From Azolla caroliniana (taxonomy: Eukaryota > Plantae > Polypodiophyta): a stretch of DNA of 62,033 nucleotides. The notes beneath the pieces were generated by a model that was given only the letters and a program-made list of their open reading frames with translations, ran no database searches and was not told where the DNA came from. Numbering within the stretch: position 1 is the first letter of the stretch; each line of letters opens with the position of its first letter. Below are positions 48,462 through 62,033 of the stretch, one piece after another. Made by a program: the position numbers and the translations under genes. The DNA lies in NCBI GenBank assembly GCA_043228905.1, contig JBHGNT010000168.1, forward strand, positions 1 through 62,033, written 5' to 3'.

Positions 48462-51400
48462 TGTTACCGATTAGGAACATTGTCTAGCTCAGTCCTTCGA
48501 GGTAGACCTCAAGATGACCGCGTTACAAGGAATAGAACCTTCATATCGTAAATCGTAACGGGATACTCCCTCCTATCCTAGTAGCGTATAAGGGAGATGG
48601 CTACAACTGATCTCCTTAGGAAGTGCACTAGTATCCACACTTACGCCTACACCCTTACGATTAACATTACGCAACAGAGAACGCCACAGATATGCACCGA
48701 GATCAGAGAAGATAGTATTCTATTAGAAAAACTCTCTATACTCCAAAATTACACACTACCTCTTACAGAGGATTTATGCCCTTTATATACACAGGGTTTT
48801 TAGCCGTACACGCTTCCCGCGTGAACCGTTACATTCGTTTCTTAATGCTTTACTATATTATAATATTTCTGCACTTCTGTTTGTTAGTTACGATTCCGGT
48901 GGACAACACCTGGCACGCCTGTGGGATAGTGCCAGGACCCATCCCTCTATTCTTCCTCCAGAATATCCCCGATGTTTGGTTCTACTCCTATGTACTGGTC
49001 CGGGGATAGCATAGTGCATGTAGGCACGTCGTTGCTCGGTTGCATGTCTTGTACTTGCTCGGACATCGTGGGGGTTTCCATGGCGTCAACTTCTCCCTGC
49101 GTCGGCGGACCCGACTTTGTTGGCTCATTCCGTTCTACCATGGCTGTCGGTAGGCTGTCGGTAGGCTGTCGGTAGGCTGAGGCATTGTCTTGTCCGTAAA
49201 TTCCTCAATTTTGCCGGTCGTAGTTGTCATGTCCGGTGAATTGGGTTGAGGTTCCTCCAGTTCGGCAGTATCGCTATCTGGTATTGCGATGGGCTCTGCT
49301 CCTTGCCACGTGTTGCCTGCTTCCATGATTCGGTGAAACATATCCTCCTGACTTTCGCTGAAATCTTCCAGTAGCTACGCGAGTTCCTCAGAGTGTTGGT
49401 CCGCTAGCGTGCGATAATCCTGTGCTAGGTCCTTGCGTACTGCCGCAATGCCTTCCTCATTGAGTTTGTAGAAACCTCAACCTTCTTTCCTACGGTTCTC
49501 CCAATCCGCCCGGTAGGTATGCAACTCCGTCGCTTCTGTTGCCTACGCCATCTAGCCTTTGTCTAGCGCCGCTTGTAGTTGCGCTGTAAACCTCTCCCAA
49601 TTTGTTTGAAGAAGTATGCGCACGTTGTCGATTATTACTTGGCAACGGTTTTGCGCTTCTTCCAGGGTTTTTTTGAGGTTTTCGATTTCTTGCTTATTAA
49701 CCGCAGTCGCTTCCTCATAATGGTTCTTCATCCCTACCCATATTTGAGATTCTTTCAAGTGTAATTCCTCTAGCTGGCCCATTTCATTTTTTAGGCAAAC
49801 TTCGACCTAATACCGCACCTCCTGTTCTCGTATGAGCTGCTCATCATACCATGCTTTCTTCTTTTCCAATAACGCCTGGAGTCCCTCGATCGCCGCTTTC
49901 AACTTTTGGCCTTCGTCCCGTAGTTTAGTGTTTTCTTCTTTCGTGCGGTTGTGCGTTGCTGCCTCCACTTCAAGTTTCTCTTCGAGTGCCTTCACTTCCT
50001 TTTGGCCTTTGGCCCGGATGTCCTTTTCTCTATCGGAGGATTGGCGGAGTTCGGAGCAAATGCGGTCAATCTCAGACTCCGCCAATTGCGTAGCCCTTTT
50101 TGCTTTAGCAACGATGGCCTGTTGTGCGGCAATCTCCTCTTGTAGGGTTTCCAGGGGTTCTCACCCACTACTGGCTTGGGATTTTGTGGTGCCCTAGTGA
50201 CGCTGTGCCCTAGTGACTGTTTTCCACACGTTTTTATTCTTGCTAGCCATTTCCTTGGCCCCCACACTCACTCTAGCCAATTCCCGATGTACCTCGACCA
50301 GGGTCCCATTCAATGGACGTAGTTCAATGCCCATACGCCGAATCCCCGCATTCCGTTGCCTACTTACTTTGGCTAGAGACCCTTCATCCTCACTTTCTGT
50401 TGTCTGTGTGAGCACACGCACAATCATCTGTTGCTCTTCGTGTTCCTCCGCCATTCTCTGCGATACCTTAATTTGTTGCGTTGCCAAAAATTCCATGAGT
50501 TCATAAGTTGTTCCAAATTGTAGTAGCGCACCAAACTCACGGGTTGTATCCGGGACTTTGCTTTCCACCGTGAGTACGCCTTTCCCACGCTGCGATTGGG
50601 CCGTAATGATCAGCCGTGGTTCCCGGATTATTTCTAAACTGGTGTTGGGCTTCGTAGCCGCGGAACTATCAACCAAGGCGGTGGTGTCTATGTCTGCAGT
50701 TGTGTCTTTGACCAGTCCGCGCCCATCTTTCCTATCCAGCCTACGCCATTTCGGCTTCGGGCTTTCCTGGTGTTGCTCGGCTTGCCTCCCTGCTTGCCGA
50801 CCATTCTTCCTATGTTGTTTGCGTGCTGGGTTGGGAAGGTTGTGGTTCATCTTCCCATTCCATGGTAGCCAACTCTACTAACCGCCGTTTCGTGGAACGT
50901 GGCAGCGACGTTAACCCTAGGCTGTGCTGTAGGCAGACCTCGAGGTGGGAATAGTATCGTCAGATACTGTTGTATGATTGGCCTTAGCTTCTTGCCGCCC
51001 TGATATGCGTGCAGTCCTTCGCATAAAGTTGGTCCTGTAATTACCCCCTAATCGACCGCGTGCCCTTCAAAGGTATCAATGATGATGCCTGCCTTTTGGC
51101 TTGGCATCCCATAGGCATTTACGTGCACACATCCTACCTCCAACAAGAACTTGGCTATTTCTCAAAAGAAGGGGTTAGGAATTTCCTTCATCTTGTATGC
51201 TTTGGCGGACACCGAATATGCCCCGAAATATCTCTATAGGGTTTCTGCATGAGGGATGTCGAAATGTTTCTGCCCAATCGATGATAAGTCAAGCTTCTTC
51301 CAGATGGTAGCGTTGGTGACCATGTCTATGTTCAGGTTCTTGGCAATTTCCAGGGCTTTAGGGTGAGCAGGTGACTCGGCAACTTTGATGTATCCATCCA

Positions 51401-51654
51401 GTCTCTTTTTGAGGAGCCATCTGAGCAAGGTGGCGGAAATAGTGATTGGCATCGTAGGTGGAGGAGATTCGTGGTTAGTGGGTGATGTTTGTTGGCTATG
51501 GCGGGTGTGGGCTTTGTGGTAGGATGGGGAGTAGGGTGAGTGAGAAGAGCGACGAAAACGAGGAGTGTTAAGGGTTGAAGATTGTTTTCTGCACTGTGTA
51601 GAAAACCTTATGCTTTCCTCTTTTTGTGTCCTAGGGCTCATTGGCCTGTGTGCC
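48462..51654 (-). mobile_element. 3' end of an LTR retrotransposon: degenerate accessory ORF, PPT and 3' LTR (48462-48934)
   Basis: TG at 48462 interrupts the Copia integrase; minus-strand purine tract 48938-48959; minus-strand TATATAAA ~48783; ORF remnants 51452-48947 with long coiled coil. Confidence 0.65.
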
Positions 51655-52314
51655 TGTTAAGCGCTAGGATAACAACACAACCAGCCACGAATAAGAGCGC
51701 ATTAACAAGGATGTAGAGGAAACAACATGAGGAAAAGAAGCAAAGAGACATCCAAGTGTGAAAGGCCCATACCCTAAACGTGAAAACTATATAAACCACA
51801 TAGTAGTGGCTTTGTAAGGGTTCTCCCATTTGTAAAGATCTCCTAAGTGATTAAGAGCTAGAAGCTTCCTCTCCTCTTTCTTGTAACCTTTAAGCTTAAG
51901 AGAGATTAGTGAAGTGTTTAGTTAGAGAACACTAATCTTTCTCCTTTGTTGGTGCTAGACCTCATAGCAAAGAGGGTTAATAAATATATTCATTAATCTT
52001 GTTGTCTACATTCATTACCCCATTGTTTATGAGAGTGAGCTTGAGAGAGATATTGTGCCTAATCATCTATTAGTTGTTGAGTGTGAGGCTCGGAGGTGTC
52101 CGACAACCACCTCCGCCTGATTTTCCATCAAGAGGGTATACGCCGGTCCGAATCCCGCTACGACATCGAGGAGCCTACTCCATCGATACATAGATCGTTA
52201 ACATCTATTTGGCGCTGCTGCCGGGGATACGACCGACGCTTGAAGCCTATTTTCGAGTAGTCAAAAACTCGGAGGCAAACCACTTAACGAAGGAAGAAAT
52301 CGCAAGAGAACCAC

Positions 52315-52530
52315 TATTTTCTGTTTTTCTCATTATTTCATAGTTTAATTAAGTTGATTTTCTGTTTTTCCTCACTATTCCATAGTTTGATTAAGTTGAT
52401 TTTCTGTTTTTCCTCACTATTTCATAGTTTCATTAAGTTGATTTTCTATTTTTCCTCACTATTTCATAGTTTCATTAAGTTGATTTTATATTTTTCCTCA
52501 CTATTTCATTGTTTAATTACGTTGATTTTT
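52315..52530. repeat. 42-bp tandem repeat, ~5 copies, in the Gypsy leader
   Basis: tttcctcactatttcatagtttcattaagttgattttctgtt. Confidence 0.85.
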
Positions 52531-52819
52531 TGTTTATTCATTCGGTTAACACTAAACATTGTGGAGATTGAGCCGTTACAGGGCAAGTGTAACCACCGTG
52601 AGTCTCGCGGCTTATGATCATCCCACGGGACACGAAACGACCGTTGGCGCCAAAAAGTTTGAATTTCCCACGCAAAGTTCGTCCAAAGAACAGAGTTCGC
52701 TGAACCTTCAACCTTCGATGAAGATTCAACCTTCGACGAGGATTCATCCTTCGACAAACCCTCATAATTCGACGAAAGCTTCATTCTTTGACAAACCTAC
52801 AAAAGCTTGACTAGAAAAC

Positions 52820-55800
52820 ATGGCTGGATCCTCATGGACAGAGATTTTCAAAACCCGACCCGCACGCCAGGAGGAGTCCAGCCAAACCAACCAAACCCAC
52901 GATGCCGTCCCACCTAACTCGACTCGGTACCACGGAGGGTGGCTAACTCTAGGGATGCTAGAAAACATGAACCTCCCATGAAGCCCAGGAACTAAAGCAC
53001 TTCTCAACACACCCCCACTACAGGAGAGACCAATGGAAGACCCACTTAGTGTAGAGCGACACATACGAGACACAACGCAAGAGTTACGGGTGTAGAACAC
53101 GAAATCAATCTATGGACGGTACAACTTGCGAAAGGAGGACAACCGGAAAGCACCACCTGAGATATCGAAGCCGCTTTGGCGAAAAGGAAAGATAGATTTG
53201 CACGAGTGCAACAAAAAATCCACCTCCTAGAAACATCGTCGCACATGCACTGCCGAGGTCAGGAGCACAGCCCCGTACCACATTTGAGCACAACGGGCGA
53301 CAACCCGAACGAAGCCCACACACAACACCCAACACCACCACGCATGGGCACAACCCCTACACCTGACCAAGCTACCCCTACACCCGCAAACGCCGAACTC
53401 GCACTAGCGCTACAATCCATCCAAACTCTTGTAGCATTAATGGAAAAAGATCGAGCACCCATAGACCATCTGAGAAACCTCACAAATGACAGCGGGAAGA
53501 GTGCTTCCATTTCTAAACTAGCACCGCATTTCCTCGGTTTTGGCGATGCCTATGATCACGTCGAGAGGTTCAAACAGATTTGTCGCGCTTATGAACCCCT
53601 CACAGAGATCACCAAGGTAGCCGCATTTGGACTTACACTTGATGACCAAGTTGGAATTTGGTTTCGAACCTTGAATGAAGAAATCACCATCGATTTCGAG
53701 TATGTCATCGAAGATTTCTTGATAAACTTTGCTTGCCGAGGGAATAAATGGAACCCGATTGACCAATTTTTTGCCCTAAAGCAAGAAGCGAATGAAACGG
53801 TCAGGGACTACATACGTCGCACGAAAAGCATGCATCATCGTTGTAGCCCGAGCGACAAGATTTCAGATGACAAGTTGATGAGCCACGATACTAGTTTCAC
53901 TCTACCAGTCTGCATCAATGGTAAGACATGTGATGCAATCATTGACACCAGAGCAGGGGTAAGTATCATCAATTAGGAATGTTGGTGTAAGTGGGGGAGC
54001 CCAAAAATGCTTCCTTCAGATGTCAAACTAGGAATGGCAAATGGGTCCATCCAAAGGCCAAAAGGTATGATCCCTGCACATCACTTCAATATCCTTGGAG
54101 TGGAGTTCAATCTCACCTTCGTCGTCACAAGATCATCCAATCATGTGGCCTACGAGTGCTTACTAGGAAGATCATTCCTACATATAAGCCGCCTAGTAAT
54201 GGATTTCGGGAACGATATAATCTATATGCGTAAAAACAACAAAACCTTCCGCATCAAAGCATACACACAAAAAGTGGATGAACAAGAAGGCAACCCTGTC
54301 GTAGACAATTCGTTAGAAACCACCGAGTTCAAGACCAACCTCCTAGTGTGCAACCCCACAAAGACAGTTCAACTCTTGACCAGAAGCCAACCGTTCCCCC
54401 AAAAAATCGCCATTTCCAAAAAGGAGAACGTACGTGAGAGAGACGACCAATCCGTCGCTTCCGAGACGTCCGAGGTGAATTGGGTATGCACTCTCGCCAC
54501 AACTGACGCAATGTACCCTATAGGTACAAAGTGTTGTGATGAGGACGGAGACACAATCTCTTGCTTCAACGTCACCACCCTCGAACCATGGCGAAAAGAA
54601 GTAGACGTAAAGGACGAAGACCTGGTACAACAAGTCACACGTCCAGGTGACACCATGACCACTCAGAAGACTTCGACGGAAGTGGACTTCCCTGAGCATT
54701 TCAAACTCTATGAACAAGAGAATAGGGCAGTGGCTTGTAAGAGACCACAACGCACCCCCCAAGGCCTAGGACAAGTCTATGATGGACCGGCAAGGCTGAA
54801 AGAAATCAACCTCGAGAAAGGGATAGACTCCAAATTGGTATTCATAGCTACAGATCTCCAACCCGACGAGGAGATGTCCTTGATCACCCTCCTCACGGAA
54901 TTTAGCGACGTGTTTGCATGGTCGTACGTCGACATGAAGGGAGTCCCAGCTGAGGTCATCACCCATAGTATCCCCATGCGAGTCGACGCCCGCCCAATCC
55001 CGCAAAGGCCACGCTCAATGAACCCTAACTACGCCCAACAAGTAAAAGCCGAAATCAACAAAATGTTGGTTGCAGGCATTATCTACCCAATCGAATGAAC
55101 TACTTGGGTCTCCCCAATTGTAGTAGTCCCGAAGAAAAATGGCCAAATCTGCATATGTGTTGACTACCGCCAAGTTAACGAAGCCACTATCAAGGAGAAC
55201 TACCCGGTACCCTACATCGAGCATCTACTCGAAAAAATCGCGGGAGCAGAAGCTTATAGCTTCATCAACAAGTTCTCCGGGCACAACCAAATCTCGGTGG
55301 TCCCTGAGGATCAACATAAGAAAGCCTTCGCCACCGAATTTGGTACATTCGCGTATAAACAGATGCCTTTCGGACTCACAAGTGCCTTGAGCACCTACCA
55401 AAGAGCGGCGGACCATATCTTCATAGCAAGGTTACGACAAGGGGTGGAGTCTTATGTTGACGACTTATGTTGCCATTCAAAATGACATGACCACCTGGCG
55501 CTACTCCGCTTGACGTTCGAAAAATGCAGGACCTATCAACTCTCTCTCAACCCACTCAAGTGTCAGTTCTGGGTCAAGCACGGATTAATATTAGGGCACG
55601 TCATGTCCCGCTACGAGATCTCGACCGATGAGGCAAAGGTAAAACTCATCCTCGACATGCCACCCCCCACGAACGAGAAACAACTACAAGGGTTCATGGG
55701 ATACGCAGGTTACTATAGACGCTTCATTAAGATGTTCGTAGACAAGGCCAGACCGCTTGACAACCTACTAAAACAGTTCGTGTGGACAGAAGAATGCACA

Positions 55801-57560
55801 CACTCCTTCAAGCTCTTGAAAGAGTGCCTAACTAAGGGACCCCATCCTCCGGCCCCCAAATTTGACCAAAGAATTCCACGTTCACACCGATGCTTCGGCC
55901 TACGCGATTGGTGCAGTGCTAGCTCAACCCGTGAAGGGGCACTCGACCTATAGGTCACCTTCGCTAGTCGCCAACTGAATAACGCAGAACAAAATTACTC
56001 CACGACGGAATGAGAGGCTTTGGCCATGGTTTACAGCGTAAAGAAATTCCGCCACTACCTTTTGGCATCCCGGTTCTCATTTTTTGTAGATCATCAAGCC
56101 CTACTGTACTTAGTAAACAAAACTCACGCCACCAGACGCATCTCACGATGGATAGTAACTTTACTCGAGTTCGACTTCAAGTAGTGGTGAGAAAAGGAAA
56201 AGACCATGTACTCGCCGATCATTCTCTCCGGATACTCAATGGAGAAGAAGCCATTGGGTCGATGATGAAACACCAGATGTAGCATTATTCATGATCAACA
56301 CCGTACCAGCATGGGCATCAGAGATCGTTCGAGTCCTGACTAAACGAGCGTCCTTCCTAAACAACTACCCCGGGCACACGCGCGTGTCTTGTTAAAAAAA
56401 TGTGGCCCCTTCACGATGCTCCATGGCAAACTTCTAACGTCGAGGTAACGACGATCTACTTCGGAGGTGTGTAACAGACCACGACGTCATCGCACCCTCG
56501 AACAAGCTCATTGCGGGGGTGGAAGTGGTCATTTCAATCACGAGACCACTGCACACAAGATCGTCCAGTCCGGCCTATGGTGGCCAACACTCTTCAAGGA
56601 CACATAGCGTATGTATGCCGTTGTGACGAGTGCCAACGTTTCAAACACCCACTAAAAGCGGATTTCAATATGTTATACTCAGTGGTGGCATGGCAACCAT
56701 TCGAGAAATGGGGTATCAACTTTATCGGCCCAATCAGTCAGTCCAACCTTCCAACCTCACCGATACATAATAACAGCCACCGACTAAGCTACCAAGTGGG
56801 TCAAAGCTAGAGCTTGCATTAACGCCAAAGTGCATAGTACCGCCAAATTCCTATATGAAAATGTCATAGTACGGTTTGGATGTCCCGCTCGAAATCATTA
56901 GTGACCAAGGCTCGCATTTCCTCAACGAAGTGATAGCACATTTACTAGGCGAATTTATGGTGACACATCGCAAGAGTTCTACTTATTACCCTCGATGCAA
57001 CGGACAGAGGAAAGCACGAATAAGGTGTTATGTGCAGTGCTCATAAAGATAATCGCTGCCTCACGGTCTGATTGGAGCACCAAACTCCAAGCAACATTAT
57101 GGGCTTTTTGTACTTCCTACAAAGTCGCAACTCGCCACACACCATTCAAACTAGTGTACGGACAAGAAGCAGTATTACCCATCGAGTTCCTGGTCCCCAG
57201 GCTCAGGATAGCCGTACAAGAATGATGGGACGGTAACCCCCTCTCGTCACGTCTAAAGAACCTAGAACCGCTGACAGAAACTCGCCTTCTCGCATTCCAA
57301 GCACTCTTGCAAAGAAAGCCAATAGAAAGGTGTGGCACGACCATAAAGTCAAGAACAAAGACCTCGCTGAAGGCGACATGGCCCTCAAATTCTCCTCTCA
57401 ACGACACAAGAAGAAGCTTAAGTTACAGGGCGAAGGCTCGTATGTGGTTTCAGAAATTACCAAGACAGGAGCATGTCACCTACGCACGCTCGAAGGTTTT
57501 GACATCCCCCAGATTCATCAATGGGAGCAAGCTCAAACGTTACTATGGACCCCTCACCCT
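52820..57560 (+). pseudogene. Gypsy gag-pol remnants
   Basis: gag DAYDHVERF..KQEANETVRDY; protease AIIDT(R)AG..LLGRSFL; RT WVSPIVVVPKK, MPFGL, YVDD; integrase PFEKWGI, SDQG, TPFKLVYG, INGSKLKRY. Confidence 0.9.
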
Positions 57561-57699
57561 CGAGGCTCTACTCACGGCTCGGCAACGAGAGGTAGAAGCC
57601 AAACTTAAGGCCTCCGAAGGTCAAATCACCCGGCTAGAAACCGACTTGCGCAATACACAAGCGAAATTGAAGGGACAATGACACACGCATCCGACAGCC

Positions 57700-58060
57700 A
57701 TGGCTAAGGCGGTCAACTCTAATGACGGAACAATACAACTACGATGTTGCGTGGACGACATGCTTTTGACGGCGGTAATTGACACAGGAGCATCACTAAC
57801 CCTTTTCTCCATCGAAACATGGGAACGTCTCAGGTTGCCCAGACCTCGAAGTGTGCAATGAAAACATCCGTGGCTTCGATGGTTCCACATCATGTTGCCT
57901 GGGAACTTTCGTGTGTAACATCAAGACAGAATACAACGCTCACCCAATCGAAGTTCGGGTACTCCCACCTGGAGTGATGTGCGCACAATGCCTCCTCGGT
58001 TTAGATTGGTGTCGCATAAGCAAATGTCTCCTATCACCCAACAAACACATCGTCTCCTTC
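57700..58060 (+). pseudogene. Second retropepsin (aspartic protease) domain downstream of integrase
   Basis: TAVIDTGASLTLFS (DTG at 57781-57789), IRGFDGS, CLLGLDW; one frameshift ~57852. Confidence 0.8.
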
Positions 58061-58122
58061 CAAATGGGAGATGGACTGAAGTCCGAGGACCTCGTCGCAA
58101 CAACACTCAAATCACACTCCGC

Positions 58123-58670
58123 TGACCTCGATGACCCCCAAAGTGTGGAGTTGCCAAACAAACAGCACGCCAACACCACCGGCCGCCATGACCAGCGCAA
58201 CACTAACATTAGAACATGAAACACCCAAACCACGAGAATGGGTGAACGTCACGTAGGTTTTCGTTGACAGACCACGCTGCGAAGAACGTGTTGTGTGGCG
58301 AGTCAGAAAAATAATCACAACCGCATAGGGTTGGCACAATGGCGCCACTAGCTTCTAGGTCCCGAAACGAAACCGGCTCCCCCGCTCGGGATCGGACCAG
58401 CCTGCATGGACCTCGATGAACCCCAAGGTGTGGAGTTGCTCAATCAAACAGAATGCCAACACCCACCGGCCATCTAGGACCAACGCGACGCTAACATCCG
58501 AATGCAGACACCCAAACCACGGGAATGGGTGAACATCCATGCGGTTTTTGCTGATGGACGGCGCTGTGGAGAACCTGCCATTTGACGAGTCAAAAAGACA
58601 CTCACAACCGCACAAGGTTGGCACAAAGGCGCTACTAGCTTTTGGGTTCCGAAATGAAGCCGGCTCCTAG
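58123..58670. repeat. Diverged ~286-bp tandem duplication
   Basis: gacctcgatga..ccccaa.gtgtggagttgc.. at 58123 and 58409, each ending gcgc.actagctt..gg.ccgaaa. Confidence 0.8.
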
Positions 58671-59019
58671 TCATGATCATACCATGCCCGCATGGGACAC
58701 CCGAAAATCACACACATTAGTCCGATATCCCGTGCAAGTTAAAGCCACAAAAATCGACAAGCCTAAACAACTGAGAGGCCGAACACCCATACAAACGCTT
58801 CACAAATCCTCCCCATCCAATTAACAAACATGTCGCAGGTTTGGGTCCTTAAACCGTCATGGGCCAAGAACCTCCCCCCACATTCACCCCCTCCGCCCGC
58901 ATGCCAACCTTAACCACCTCATAGTTTCTTAATTATCGTCGGTATTCGAATCTTTTTCTTCGATTGCTCCTTGCCCTCACGGCGTCGCGTTCCCTTTGGT
59001 TGTCCCCTCGTTGCCTTGG

Positions 59020-59275
59020 TTTATTTTTTATTATTTTTATTTTTAATATATATTTTTTTCTTATTTTTAATTTCTATTATTATTATTATATTATTCTTCT
59101 ATTTTTATTTTTTATGCTTTTTATTATTATTATTATTATGATTTTATGATTTTATTATTATTATTATTATATTATTTATGATTTTATGATTTTATTTTCT
59201 ATTTTATTATTATTATTATTATTATTTTTCTTCTTCTTCTTTCTTCTTCTTTTCTCTACCCCTCCCCTCTCTCTC
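59020..59275. repeat. AT-rich low complexity, (ATT)n then (TTC)n
   Basis: Seen directly. Confidence 0.85.
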
Positions 59276-59749
59276 TTCCTGTTCCTACACCGTCAGTCGC
59301 CTGCCCCAGTTGCGCCTCGTCTCCTCCACACCTTGCTTACCCACGCCTCGGGTAGACCTTCCCTCTTCCCTCTCGTTTCGCCACACGTATCCCTCACCTG
59401 CACTTTGCTCCTTGTGGCGGCCATGTCATCGGACCATAATGGGCCACACAGCCCCACCCTTTTTCATTCCCCCCGGTGGCAGCCATAGTCGTCGCCACAT
59501 CACTGCCTCCCCTCCTCCTATTGCCGGCCCATAACGGGCCACACAGCCCCGTCATTTTTCATTCCCCCCGTGGTGGCCATAGCCACCGCCACGTCGTTGC
59601 CTCCCTCCTCATGTCGCTGGTCGTTAATGGGCCACACCCTCGTCGTTTTTCGTTCCCCCCGAGGCGGCCATGACGGAAACCCTTCATTTTCACTACCCCA
59701 CGTCGCTTGCTGTTAACAGACACTCCGCCTCGTCGTTTTCCGTTCCCCG

Positions 59750-60297
59750 CGTGTTCGACGAGCCTCCTCCTCGAACCCCACTGTGTTCGAGGAGCGTAAC
59801 TCCTCGAACTGCACATTGTTCGAGGAGCCTAACCCCTCGAACCGCACATTGTTCGAGGAGGTAGGATAATTGGACATAATAAATAAATAGATAGCACCTC
59901 AAAAAAGACATTAATATCTTACCTCCCAGAAACAGGCAATGAGGGAAAATCACATAAGATTAATTTGTACATAGTAGTTTTATAAAAGTAAAGTAAATAA
60001 ATTAAACAACAAGAATTGAAGGAAAATAATAAATAAAAACACATTGTTCGAGGAGCCTAACTCCCTCGAACCGCACATGTCCGAGGAGCCCAACTCCTTG
60101 ACCGCACATTGTTCGAGCAGCTTACCTCCTAGAACCACACATTGTTCGAGTAGCCTACCTCCTCGAACCAGACATGTCGAGGAGCCCAACTCCTCGAACT
60201 GCACATGTCCGAGGAACCCAACTCCTCGAACCACACATATTCGAGGAGCCTAACCCCTCGAACCACACATATTCGAGGGGCCTCACCCCTCGAACAA
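59750..60297. repeat. ~37-bp hairpin tandem repeat in two blocks
   Basis: ctcctcgaac-cgcacatt-gttcgaggag-cctaa units at 59766-59860 and 60040-60297. Confidence 0.85.
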
Positions 60298-60400
60298 TAT
60301 CCTTCCCTCTACCCTTCCGAACCCAAATTCCCCCACCCCGCCAATTCGGATTCGTCACTGAATTTAACTATACCAATCTTTTCCCCGCAGGTCGCAAACG

Positions 60401-62033
60401 ATGACATCTCCTCAATTCATCAAACTCCTCCATGCATACTACCCCGATGCAGGTGCGGTTCCTTAATCATTCGAGCAGTGTTCAACAACACCCGATGTAC
60501 TTACTAGGTCCGCACGGCTGCAACGCAGCTCAAGTACCTTGAACCTGAGCTGTTGGCCACCCTCTCACAACTTGGCCTCAAGTTCTTCCTCTAGATCGGG
60601 CCGTGGGGCGTCCTACCCGAGCTAGTCAAACCGCTTTCCTCACCGGTACAACCCCAACACAAGCCACGTCGATATGTAGGCTTTCGCAGTTCTCCCCTCG
60701 TCGCATTCCAGTTCACTGCGGCAGACATTTGCGCTATGCTACATTTACCACTTGATGGCATCCACTTGATGGCATCCACTTCCGCACCATGAGGACCCCT
60801 GGGGTTGTCCCTGGCATCATTCCTGCCGCCTACGCTGATATTCAGGACGTGAAGGTTGCGTTACACCGAAATCCCTCTCCATCTCCACGATTGTTGTAGC
60901 ACAATTGCCCAAATCGGCGACACCGCATCTACCGATGCCACCGCCCGTATCACCGGAGAGTACCTCAACTGGGCACACGATCCACAACCGGTCCAATTGG
61001 CTCATGAGCTTGTCCACCGGGTCCGAGAATGGCACACAAGGCCCAAATCGACGGTCAATTTTGCGTGGTTCCTCACCCGCTACTTGTGCGCAAAGTTCAG
61101 CATTGGACCCCACGCCCCTCCCTTCATACGCTGCCAGGAACGCTTCCGCAAGATAATTGTACCAAGCCAACCTGAGCGCCTTTGCCTCCCCGAACACGAC
61201 TTCTTAAGACAGGTACACTGAGGCGAACAGGAACGACCACCGACGCACAAACAACCCCTGATCAACCACATGTCAGCCGAAGCTAACCTCGACACCCTTG
61301 AGGATATCACCAATCGTGTCAAGGAATTCCAGACACACGTGTTCACCCTCACTGAAATCCAGCCTTGTCCACTACCTTCCACTATGTGTCACATCAGAAC
61401 ACAACCATGACCCCGCGTACCTACAACTGCACAACCGAGTCAATCTTGCGTGACCAACGGAACCTGCCAACCCCTCTACCCCGAGAACCCTCACTCCCCA
61501 CCCCAGCCACAACTACCCAGCCTTTCCCGCCCACCACCACCGACGACACCCCGCAACCTCAACCCCATAAACTCGCCCGCCACAACTCTCCAAACACTAA
61601 AACCCCAACCAGCCATCGCCCACAACCCCGACCGTCTGAATATGATTCAGGCTCTCTCGGTGTACGTGACCTCGACATCCCTGCTCTCCAAATATGATTC
61701 AGGCACTCTCGGTGTACGTGACCTCAACATCCCTGCTCTCCAAACTTTTCACTGTACCACGTACACCGCGTACCCTCCTCATCCAAGCCACGTGCGTCCT
61801 TCGGTCGTTGGCCACCACGTGTCACGTATTCTTTGACGACGCCACACCCCCAGACCAGGCAGACCTTCATCTGAGCACTCCCTGAAGACAACCACGCTCT
61901 TGCCTCTTCATGTTGTACTAGGAAGCCACCGAAGAAACTTCTCCCCGAGTCGGCGACCTCTTCTCCCAGCATCTCCCTATTTTGTTCCTCAAAGGCATGG
62001 CCTCCTACCTTCACACCACCCTCACCCCCAACT
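60401..62033 (+). pseudogene. Degenerate 3' accessory ORF of the Athila-like element
   Basis: Acceptor-like TTTTCCCCGCAG at 60379-60390 before an ATG at 60401; broken frames including FQFTAADICAMLHLPLDG and VNFAWFLTRYLC. Confidence 0.45.

Larger units (their letters stand above)
51655..62033 (+). mobile_element. Degenerate non-chromovirus Ty3/Gypsy (Athila-like), runs off the window
   Basis: LTR 51655-52203 (TGTTAA..TTAACA); PBS TGGCGCTGCTGCCGGGGA at 52210 (tRNA-Asp type); gag-PR-RT-RH-INT order. Confidence 0.85.

Noticed and set aside
58964-59488. Hydrophobic ORFs resembling membrane or env proteins
   Set aside because: Produced by ATT/TTC low-complexity tracts

Overview
Eukaryotic, gene-free stack of nested transposable elements, probably from a non-seed land plant (inferred from the element types). 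It contains a palindromic satellite, several Ty1/Copia copies (one intact and young, 19412-24829) and three Ty3/Gypsy-type elements. Two large TIR DNA transposons with 4-bp target-site duplications (Sola-type) sit about 380 bp apart inside one old Copia integrase. Main result: the first transposon (16111-30825) carries an intact DDD transposase and, divergent from it, a six-exon gene of about 974 aa. That gene encodes a ParB/Srx-like domain fused to a bacterial/phage-type beta-class amino (N6A/N4C) DNA methyltransferase, and its first intron holds 11 phased palindromes. This copy of the gene is disabled by two stops and a Copia insertion. The second transposon (31205-43684, Sola2-like) carries a RING-H2 gene and a probable captured host URB2-like fragment. 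All family names come from motif recognition by eye; no database searches were run.
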